Origin: Candidatus Saccharimonadota bacterium
GTDB taxonomy: Bacteria > Patescibacteriota > Saccharimonadia > Saccharimonadales > Saccharimonadaceae
Reading direction: 5' to 3'
DNA: 32,000 bases
Assembly (NCBI GenBank): GCA_039920285.1
Contig: JBDSDX010000001.1
Location: forward strand, 330,001 to 362,000
Every line of letters begins with the position of its first letter. Position 1 is the first letter of the stretch. The notes under the pieces are model-generated. The model ran no database searches. It was not told the DNA's origin and worked only from the letters and a program-made list of their open reading frames with translations. This document shows positions 25,115 through 31,182 of the stretch, piece after piece. A program made the translations under genes and the position numbers.

Positions 25115-26470
25115 TTATTGGTTTAGTGCGCGACGGCTTGCAACGTAATATGCGATGCTAGCAATCAATGTACCAAGGCCAATAACGGCAACAATGTTTT
25201 CAGTTGGACCAGTGTGTGGAAGTTCTGGTGGAGTCGTTGTACAAAGACTTAAGTCTTTTGAGTACTTGCTCGCGTTGAAGTCACTTTCATTGATAGCGAC
25301 AACTTTTTTGGTTGCAAGTTCACAAACATTGATCTTACCAGGTAAACAAGTCTTGTCGACAGTAATGTTAGCAGTGTCTTCTAGTGAAGTACCGTTAACG
25401 TTTACTTTGCCGGTGTTGACGAGTGTGTTTGTACCACACAAAGGAAGTACATCATTTGCTGGGGCCTTCGCACTGAAGATCGCCCAAGCGTTTGCACCAG
25501 CAGCATAAGAACCAACATTGATTCCTGTACCGTTAGCGATGTTGTCACTGGCTTTGACACCAGTTGGGTGCTGTGAGTTACCGAATGTTGTTGAACCAGT
25601 AACGTAAGTCATACCAGCAGGAAGTGAGTCACGGAATGTAACATCATTTTCTTGAGTAGTACTTGTGTTCTTGTAGTTCAAAAGGTAGTCAACAGTTTCG
25701 TTTGGTTGTGCTTTGTAGCTTTCAACCCACTTGTTGTCACCGTGTTTGCTTACCATCTTGCTCATTGAGAACGTTGAAGGTGTTGCAAATTGTGGTTTCA
25801 CGGTAAAGCTAACGTAACCAGAGTACTGGAAACAGCCAGGGATTTTACCATCAAGTTTGTCGTAACCAAGTTTAGCACCGGTGTTTGTGAAGATAGACTC
25901 TGGAAGAGCTACTCCGTTAGGACCGAAGCCGTTACTTTCGTACTTCAATGTACCTGCAACGTATGCAAGGTTGAAGTTGTTGGCACTGGTAAACGTTGCG
26001 TGGTCATAGACACTTGCAGTTGTACCGTTGTTGCCACTCTTGTTTGCACCAACGTTTGAAGCGGTAATAATACCGTCAACTTGGATAGACTTTGCAGTCG
26101 TTGTTGGCAATGTGACTTGAGCAGTAACGTTTTCCGCAACAAGGTTGAGGCTTGAAGCAGCGTTGTTGTGAACGTACATACGGACAATGTATTCTTTGCC
26201 GCTTTGAACGTTCATGTCGTCGTACCAAACGTTCGCTGAACCAGTTTCACGGATACCAACGAAGTTTCGTTCGTCCTTGAGGTCAGTGTTCTTTTGGTCA
26301 ACGATTGAGTTAAATTGGACGTGGTCACTTGGGTTGTCAAGCGTAAACGTTTGACGGTCTGGTCCCCAGGCAAGAGCGGCGGTTGGGATAATGACTGCAG
26401 CAGCAACCATTAAAACAACAGCGCTAAAACGCTTGGGAGCACGACTGATGAGGGATGTAATCTTACTCAT
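25115..26470 (-). CDS. LPxTG-anchored cell-wall surface protein (sortase substrate)
   Basis: The C-terminus PPELPHTGPTENIVAVIGLGTLIASIAYYVASRRALNQ is an LPHTG motif plus TM plus basic tail. The N-terminal signal is ..FSAVVLMVAAAVIIPTAALA/WGPDRQTF. The start is set at ATG 26470 (GGAGA SD 6 nt upstream), while the track start 26482 is 4 codons longer. Codon usage looks like strong high expression (AAC>>AAT, GTT/GCT/GGT/ACT). Confidence 0.85.
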   Translation of the reverse strand: MSKITSLISRAPKRFSAVVLMVAAAVIIPTAALAWGPDRQTFTLDNPSDHVQFNSIVDQKNTDLKDERNFVGIRETGSANVWYDDMNVQSGKEYIVRMYVHNNAASSLNLVAENVTAQVTLPTTTAKSIQVDGIITASNVGANKSGNNGTTASVYDHATFTSANNFNLAYVAGTLKYESNGFGPNGVALPESIFTNTGAKLGYDKLDGKIPGCFQYSGYVSFTVKPQFATPSTFSMSKMVSKHGDNKWVESYKAQPNETVDYLLNYKNTSTTQENDVTFRDSLPAGMTYVTGSTTFGNSQHPTGVKASDNIANGTGINVGSYAAGANAWAIFSAKAPANDVLPLCGTNTLVNTGKVNVNGTSLEDTANITVDKTCLPGKINVCELATKKVVAINESDFNASKYSKDLSLCTTTPPELPHTGPTENIVAVIGLGTLIASIAYYVASRRALNQ

Positions 26471-26689
26471 TTGATTCTCCATTCTTGATGTATCTCGCAG
26501 ATAACATCAAAGTTATAAATATTGTTTAAACATTGTTACCGAGTTGTTAATATCGTCACAAATCAGATCATTACAATGTGCATGTCCGAGTCCAGGTGGA
26601 CTCACAAGGAGTCAAACTCTAACCATTCGTGAACTTAATCACACAATGGGAGTGAGACTCCTTGGAACAAAAAGCTATAGAACCCCGCA

Positions 26690-26725
26690 AGTGGGGCGCG
26701 TCGACCGAAGTCTTGGCGCCCCACT
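26690..26725 (-). terminator. GC-rich hairpin just after the stop of gene 26732..27895 (terminator candidate)
   Basis: AGTGGGGCGC (26690-26699) pairs with GCGCCCCACT (26716-26725), a perfect 10-bp stem, 7 nt beyond the stop codon. On the minus strand the nearest T-run (CTTTTTG) is about 16 nt further on, so it is not a textbook intrinsic terminator. Confidence 0.45.
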
Positions 26726-26731
26726 CGGGTG

Positions 26732-27895
26732 TTAGGGACAGGTAGTCATGCCAGGCGGCGGCGAACATCCCGTTGCGGGGGCGTCCACAGGTGCCGCAGA
26801 AGGCTCAGGCGCAGGCGCCGGAGCCGGATCTGGTGTTGCTACCGGGGCGGGTGCAGGAGCAGGCGGGGCCACGTATGGCGTATCCGTCGTCGGCTGCAGA
26901 ACCGTCTTGTCTCCAGGACCGTCGGTAGCAGCAGGGCCACCACCAGTTGATCCGTCACCGTTGTTAAACGGCGACTTGTCCTGACCATCCTTGCAGTTCG
27001 GATAGGTCCCGTGAGGGAATTCCGGGTACTCGGTGAGGCAGGTCTTAACAGGAATGCAGGGATTCTCATCCGTGCACTCGGGAGTGGTCCCGCCACAAGA
27101 ACTCCCGACACAGTCGGAAGCCTTGGGCGGCGTGGGCTTGCAGTCGTCACTGCTGATGTGCTCGACACGCTTGTCGAGGATGTTCAGCGCCTCGCTAGCG
27201 AGGCATCCATTCTTGTCGTTCAGACGGAGCTCGAAAGCATCCTTGTTGTCTGGACCGGCAGAAATGTAAGGGACGGGCTGCGTCTTGGGTGACGCGACCG
27301 CGGAGACTTCCCAGTTCCGGTCCGACACGAGAGGCTGAGCCTCTTGCACCGGGGTGAAACGCAACCAGATCGTGTTGACCCAGCTGCGGAACGTTTGGAA
27401 CTTGGGAGTGACGATCTTCACGCCGTCAGCCGTCTTCGCGTTGAACGCGTCGAGGCCGTTTTCGGTGATGTACGTCTTGATCTCGTTGAGCCATGCCTTG
27501 TTCTGATCGGCGCCAGGAACTTCCTGGTCCGTCCAGAGGAGCATCTCGTCGACATCCTGAGAGAGGAGGGTCGCGTTGCCGCAGCCTTCATCCAGGTATT
27601 CCGTCAGAGCGGCCTCACCGGTCGTCGCCACGAATGGCGTCGAGACGGCAGTTGCGAACTGACGGAACGCGTCGTCACCGGCCTTAACGATCCGGATCGA
27701 GTTGTCCTTGTAGTGGTTGTCGACGCAGAGCGCCTCAACAGGGATGTAATCCGTGTTGGGGTCGAACGCGACGGTTCCCGCCGGACGATCGCTTGTTGCG
27801 GAACCGATGTATCCGAAGATCAGCGGGAGCGCGATAGCGATAACTCCGAGAATGGCGGCAACGATTGCCACCACACTCCATGAGCGCTTGTTCAC
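26732..27895 (-). CDS. Island protein A: N-terminally anchored extracytoplasmic protein with a Cys-rich region and Pro/Ala-rich tail (orphan)
   Basis: 387 aa with a GTG start and a perfect SD (TTAGGAGGtcaaaGTG). The TM is WSVVAIVAAILGVIAIALPLIFGYIG. There are 12 Cys, 10 of them in the last roughly 155 aa. The tail is PPAPAPAPVATPDPAPAPAPEPSAAPVDAP..CSPPPGMTTCP. Codons are almost all C/G-ending. Confidence 0.75.
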   Translation of the reverse strand: MNKRSWSVVAIVAAILGVIAIALPLIFGYIGSATSDRPAGTVAFDPNTDYIPVEALCVDNHYKDNSIRIVKAGDDAFRQFATAVSTPFVATTGEAALTEYLDEGCGNATLLSQDVDEMLLWTDQEVPGADQNKAWLNEIKTYITENGLDAFNAKTADGVKIVTPKFQTFRSWVNTIWLRFTPVQEAQPLVSDRNWEVSAVASPKTQPVPYISAGPDNKDAFELRLNDKNGCLASEALNILDKRVEHISSDDCKPTPPKASDCVGSSCGGTTPECTDENPCIPVKTCLTEYPEFPHGTYPNCKDGQDKSPFNNGDGSTGGGPAATDGPGDKTVLQPTTDTPYVAPPAPAPAPVATPDPAPAPAPEPSAAPVDAPATGCSPPPGMTTCP

Positions 27896-28027
27896 TTTGA
27901 CCTCCTAAGGGTCATCTAGTTCCTAATTTATTGAGCCCCAGGATAGGATGGGCTTTGTGGACGTAGCAGGTATGATCCTGCTCTGGGGCGGATGTCCCAT
28001 GAAGTTCAAACTTCACGTCCTGCCCAC

Positions 28028-28828
28028 TTACGCTGCGGGCGGCGCCGGCGGAATTGCCGGGGGGTCCTGCGCTTCGAGCTCATCCGCCATTCGGCGGAGG
28101 TTGGCGGCGTTTGCAGCCCGAGCCTCCTGATCGGTGGCCGGGACTGCGGTGGCACGTCGGACGCGTCGCGCAGTGATACGGGGACTGATGATCGCACCAG
28201 CGATCGCGAGGCCCACGATGGGCCAGGCGAACCAGTGGATCGTGGTGCCGACCGCGGTAACGGTCGGCATTGCAGTCGCGATGGCAGCGTAAGCCGCCTT
28301 CACGAACCAGTCCCAGAGCAGCGCTGAGAAGAGCAGGCCGAGGCCAGCTCCAATCAACATCAGCCACCAGTTGTGGCGCCAGTCCCAGTGGGTGATCTCG
28401 TACCAGTGGTGAACCACGGGCACGGGGACCACCTGAACAGGTGGCGTCACGATGACCTCTGTCACAGCAGCCACCGGAGTGACGACTGTTGCAGCCGGCT
28501 CGGGAGCCGTCTGCGTGACAGGGGGGGTGATGTCGGCCGCGGGTGCGACCGGCTCGGCAGGCTCCTCCGGCTGGGCCGGCGGAGTTGCGGGAACGCCACG
28601 AGCCGCGTTGACGGCGGCAAGCAGCTGATCCGCGTGGTGGAGGAGGTCGTCACGCTCGTCGTCGATGCTCAGCTGCACAGCAGCAGCACCGATACGGGTG
28701 TTTTCCTCTTCCTTGGCGAGATCGTTGAGTTCCTTCGCGACCTGATCTGCGGCTTCACGCGTGTTCAGTCCGGCGGACCGGAGGTGACCACGTGCGGTGG
28801 GCAGGTTCTTGACTCGTGTAACGGACAT
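28028..28828 (-). CDS. Island protein B: coiled/acidic N-domain, Pro/Ala/Val-rich linker, Trp-rich juxtamembrane box and about 3 TM (orphan)
   Basis: 266 aa with an ATG start and the SD TTAGGAGGcaaacagaaATG. The linker is PATPPAQPEEPAEPVAPAADITPPVTQTAPEP. HHWYEITHWDWRHNWWLML carries 5 Trp in 19 aa. Hydrophobic segments follow, then a basic/Ala-rich tail. Confidence 0.7.
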   Translation of the reverse strand: MSVTRVKNLPTARGHLRSAGLNTREAADQVAKELNDLAKEEENTRIGAAAVQLSIDDERDDLLHHADQLLAAVNAARGVPATPPAQPEEPAEPVAPAADITPPVTQTAPEPAATVVTPVAAVTEVIVTPPVQVVPVPVVHHWYEITHWDWRHNWWLMLIGAGLGLLFSALLWDWFVKAAYAAIATAMPTVTAVGTTIHWFAWPIVGLAIAGAIISPRITARRVRRATAVPATDQEARAANAANLRRMADELEAQDPPAIPPAPPAA

Positions 28829-28986
28829 TTCTGTTTGCCTCCTAAAGGCGATTTTTGTGAGTGAGCGGAGGGCTTCCTCCGGTGCTGCATGTCGTATTGT
28901 CCGAAGACTTTACAACGATACTTCTTGGAGGAGGACCCTCCAGCAAACTCACGACGAAAGTCGGGAGCTGCGCGCCAATCAACCAG

Positions 28987-29000
28987 ACCTATATATAGGT
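28987..29000. promoter_or_regulatory. Perfect 14-bp palindrome in the AT-rich divergent control region (operator candidate)
   Basis: ACCTATATATAGGT at 28987-29000 equals its own reverse complement. It lies between the divergently oriented island gene sets. Confidence 0.4.
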
Positions 29001-29324
29001 GGGTGATTAACTGACGCGCAGCTTCCGAAGACAAACGGAATGATGATTGGTTCTATAGCTTAGTGCGTGTATAAACATGTAATAAAACACGTTCAGGACA
29101 TGCACTGTAATGATCCGATTTGTTAACGTCCTATTCACCCTGGTTAGGCTCTCACACCTCACCCGTGAATGATCTTTACAATATACCACAAAGATCGATA
29201 AATGTCAATAACTTAAGCAATATATAATACAAAAGCACAAGCTTTTTGAGAATAGCGAATTAACAGATACAGATACTACTGATAGTACCCATGAATGAGA
29301 TGGCACCGCTACATGTACGGTGTT

Positions 29325-29353
29325 TTGACAATTAGCGCACAGGGGTGTATAAC
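29325..29353 (+). promoter_or_regulatory. Sigma70-like promoter for island gene 29424..29915
   Basis: TTGACA (29325-29330), a 17-nt spacer, then TATAAC (29348-29353), 70 nt upstream of the ATG. The SD is AGGAAA. Confidence 0.5.
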
Positions 29354-29423
29354 TATCTTTTATGTGCAGACGGGTATCGAAACCCCGCATCGAGTTAGAG
29401 CTTGAGCACTAAGTTAGGAAAAC

Positions 29424-29915
29424 ATGTCAACTCGCAAGGACAGCTACACCGTCAAACGGAGTAGCGCTGGGAAGCAGTCCACGCGTTCGTCACGCAAGTC
29501 GCCAAAGGGTCAGCGCATTCACAAGCGCTCAGCTTGGGCCGCGCAGGTGCACGGCAATGCCAAGCGTCCCGGTCTCATCGCTCACCCGAACGATGAGCTG
29601 ATCAAGAAGACGCTCTGTGAGCTGATCAACTTCTACCACAGCAGTGGTCAGAAGGAGGTCTTCGCCAGCATTGTCGCTGACCTCAGTAGTGAAGGCGTCC
29701 GTCTCATCGTCGAGATCGACGGCCCGAGGATCAAGAGCCTGCGTAAGGTTCGTGATCCCTACGACCTGGTCTGCAAGGCTCTCAAGCTCAAGCGGCGCCT
29801 CAACTATGAGGCAGCCAAAGATGCTGTCGTAAAGGAGCGTGAGGCAAAGCGACAGGCCGGCAGGCCACAGCAGTACACTCAGCAGCCCCACCTCTCACTG
29901 GTGGGCGTGCAATGA
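29424..29915 (+). CDS. Island protein C: small protein with a highly basic N-terminus (orphan; nucleic-acid binding is plausible)
   Basis: 163 aa. The N-terminal 45 aa are rich in K/R/S (KRSSAGKQSTRSSRKSPKGQRIHKRSAW). The C-terminus has a basic helix, KEREAKRQAGRPQQ. GC is about 58-67%. Confidence 0.65.
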   Translation: MSTRKDSYTVKRSSAGKQSTRSSRKSPKGQRIHKRSAWAAQVHGNAKRPGLIAHPNDELIKKTLCELINFYHSSGQKEVFASIVADLSSEGVRLIVEIDGPRIKSLRKVRDPYDLVCKALKLKRRLNYEAAKDAVVKEREAKRQAGRPQQYTQQPHLSLVGVQ

Positions 29916-30055
29916 CGCGAGATGAGGTCACCCCCTCTTCCGCTGCAAACGATCACATGATTGTTCTGACCGAACCGCCACCACAAGTGATACGGAACGG
30001 TCGCATTAGCCTGGTAACGCCAGGATGGCAGCGACGCGAGGGAGAAACCCCCTAA
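29912..30055 (+). CDS. Island small ORF (47 aa), translationally coupled by an ATGA overlap
   Basis: It is below the track's size cutoff. ATG 29912 overlaps the TGA stop (29913-29915) of the upstream gene. It encodes MTRDEVTPSSAANDHMIVLTEPPPQVIRNGRISLVTPGWQRREGETP and stops at TAA 30053-30055, 7 nt before a 12-bp hairpin. Confidence 0.4.
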   Translation: MTRDEVTPSSAANDHMIVLTEPPPQVIRNGRISLVTPGWQRREGETP

Positions 30056-30061
30056 CTTCAT

Positions 30062-30148
30062 GGGTGGAGTAGACGGTAGGCTCACAAGCCAATGACCATC
30101 TACTCCACCCGGAAGTACCATCTAACTACCCCTAAAGGGTGGTTTTTT
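30062..30148 (+). promoter_or_regulatory. Alternative-hairpin (attenuator/terminator-like) element
   Basis: GGGTGGAGTAGA (30062-30073) pairs perfectly with TCTACTCCACCC (30099-30110). The CCACCC part (30105-30110) could instead pair with a second GGGTGG (30137-30142), which is followed directly by T6 (30143-30148). A CCTGG-taacg-CCAGG hairpin lies upstream at 30010-30024. Confidence 0.4.
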
Positions 30149-30149
30149 G

Positions 30150-30178
30150 TTGCAAAAGATACAGAGTTGTTGTAAAAC
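30150..30178 (+). promoter_or_regulatory. Sigma70-like promoter candidate for island gene 30271..30873
   Basis: TTGCAA (30150-30155), a 17-nt spacer, then TAAAAC (30173-30178). Confidence 0.35.
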
Positions 30179-30270
30179 AAGGACAAGCTGTAAGTGTGAC
30201 GCACAGAGTCGCCACTACCAATACGGGAAGCAGTATTGGATGCAAACGCACATTGAAGTCTGGGAGAATT

Positions 30271-30873
30271 ATGACCGCTCAATCCGCACTACGCCGCCAC
30301 CAGTTGGGACAGGTTCCCGTCGAGAAGTATTTCGACGAGACCAGTGACGACATGGGAGCGACGCTGGCCGCTATCCGTTACAAGATAGTAGCCGTGTTTC
30401 TGAGAGCAACCGACCCCGCCACGGGCCGGACGACCGGAAGGGACAACTGCATCATCGGTGTGAACGACGAGATCTCTGACCTCGTCACTTATGTGACCGA
30501 ACGCATCAACCTGCGCCGTGAATTCGGCCTGAGGGAGTTGCATTACGGGCTTCGCGACGTCGAGAAGCACACATTGGCAACTCTGTCCCGACGAGATCGG
30601 GAACAGATTGCCGGGAAAGTTCGCGCCAAACTCATTTGCATGGCCATGTTGGCTATGCGTGAGAAGCACTTCCTATACTGGATGGATGGTCGCTGGTGTT
30701 TCACCTCCGACCTTCGGGACGAACATGACCACCTGGCGCAAGTCATGAGGGCCAAGGACAACTCCTACCACGGTGACAGACGGAACTGGCACGGCAAACC
30801 TGCGAAACAGGGGAGACGTCGCACCAAACAGCTCCGCATGGCTCCGGGTACTTCCATCGGTAGTACTTCCTAG
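30271..30873 (+). CDS. Island protein D: 200-aa cytoplasmic orphan with a basic C-terminus
   Basis: The start is set at ATG 30271 (SD GGGAGA 5 nt upstream), in frame with the track's longer 30139 start. The sequence begins MTAQSALRRHQLGQVPVEKYF and ends ..HGKPAKQGRRRTKQLRMAPG. GC is about 60%. I recognise no family. Confidence 0.65.
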   Translation: MTAQSALRRHQLGQVPVEKYFDETSDDMGATLAAIRYKIVAVFLRATDPATGRTTGRDNCIIGVNDEISDLVTYVTERINLRREFGLRELHYGLRDVEKHTLATLSRRDREQIAGKVRAKLICMAMLAMREKHFLYWMDGRWCFTSDLRDEHDHLAQVMRAKDNSYHGDRRNWHGKPAKQGRRRTKQLRMAPGTSIGSTS

Positions 30874-30979
30874 ACTTCCTTGACAGAGGACACTGCTAAA
30901 AGCGTAGATGAGAAACCATACCACGGTGACTCTCCTACCAACAGTGTTCTCTGTCGAGAGGAAATCAAATCACCGTTAG

Positions 30980-31004
30980 CCTCTAGTCAAACAGAGGTTT
31001 TTTT
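30980..31004 (+). terminator. Rho-independent terminator after island gene D
   Basis: CCTCT (30980-30984), an 8-nt loop, AGAGG (30993-30997), then T7 (30998-31004). Confidence 0.5.
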
Positions 31005-31054
31005 GTTACAATTTCCCGAGTCGAACGGCACGTTTTTTGACTTGTTCGTTTGAT

Positions 31055-31129
31055 GGTCTCATCGTCTAACGGTTAGGACACCAGGTTTTCATCCTGGCAA
31101 TCGGAGTTCGATTCTCCGTGAGATCACCA
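31055..31129 (+). tRNA. tRNA-Glu (anticodon TTC), CCA encoded
   Basis: Acceptor GGTCTCA/TGAGATC, D arm GTCT..GGAC, anticodon stem CCAGG/CCTGG with loop TTTTCAT (anticodon TTC), T arm CGGAG-TTCGATT-CTCCG, 3' ACCA. Length is 75 nt. Confidence 0.92.
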
Positions 31130-31182
31130 AACGAAACAGTCAAGGCTACGACTAAACTAATCAAACAACAAGGAGTAACGCT

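Larger units (their letters stand above)
26690..30905. other. Compositionally foreign high-GC genomic island (putative horizontally acquired / mobile element remnant) next to tRNA-Glu
   Basis: Hand-counted 60-nt lines inside the island give 63% (27301-27360), 67% (29521-29580) and 60% (30421-30480) GC. Host lines give 45% (25201-25260) and 42% (22681-22740). The codons are GC3-rich, antisense shadow ORFs occur only here, and the five ORFs are orphans. I recognise no integrase and no att repeats, so the boundaries are approximate. Confidence 0.7.

Noticed and set aside
26473-26480. GATTCTCC, identical to part of the tRNA-Glu T-arm (31110-31117), as a possible attL/attR duplicate at the far side of the island.
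   Set aside because: Only 8 nt match, and the flanking bases diverge immediately. The sequence is explained as the reverse complement of the SD and start region (GGAGAATC) of the LPxTG gene.
26485-26510. A 7-bp inverted repeat, TTGATGT (26485-26491) and ACATCAA (26504-26510), just upstream of the LPxTG gene start, as a riboswitch or regulatory hairpin.
   Set aside because: The stem is short and AT-rich with no conserved motif that I can recognise. It may simply be a 5'-UTR hairpin, and the evidence is too weak to report as a feature.
26790-26885. Quasi-periodic GC-rich hexanucleotide pattern (GCAGGCGCCGGAGCCGGA...) that looks like a tandem repeat or CRISPR-like array.
   Set aside because: It is the coding sequence of the (Pro-Ala)n tail of island protein A on the minus strand. 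The units are imperfect and there is no repeat-spacer organisation.
27344-27883. Long plus-strand ORFs inside the island (27344..27883 at 179 aa, 28373..28864 at 163 aa, 27992..28327, 26748..26984, 27011..27292 and others) that could be read as genes.
   Set aside because: They are antisense shadow ORFs typical of high-GC DNA. The minus-strand frames have strong GC3 bias, perfect AGGAGG SDs, sensible TM and linker architecture, and a downstream hairpin. The plus-strand products are Arg/Gly/Val-rich low-complexity strings with no start signals.
26540-31040. Short shared strings at the island edges (TTGTTAC..CGAGT, AGTCAAAC, TTACAAT) as direct-repeat att sites.
   Set aside because: The matches are 7-8 nt long, in inconsistent order and spacing, which is well within chance expectation. 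I could support no convincing terminal repeats by eye.
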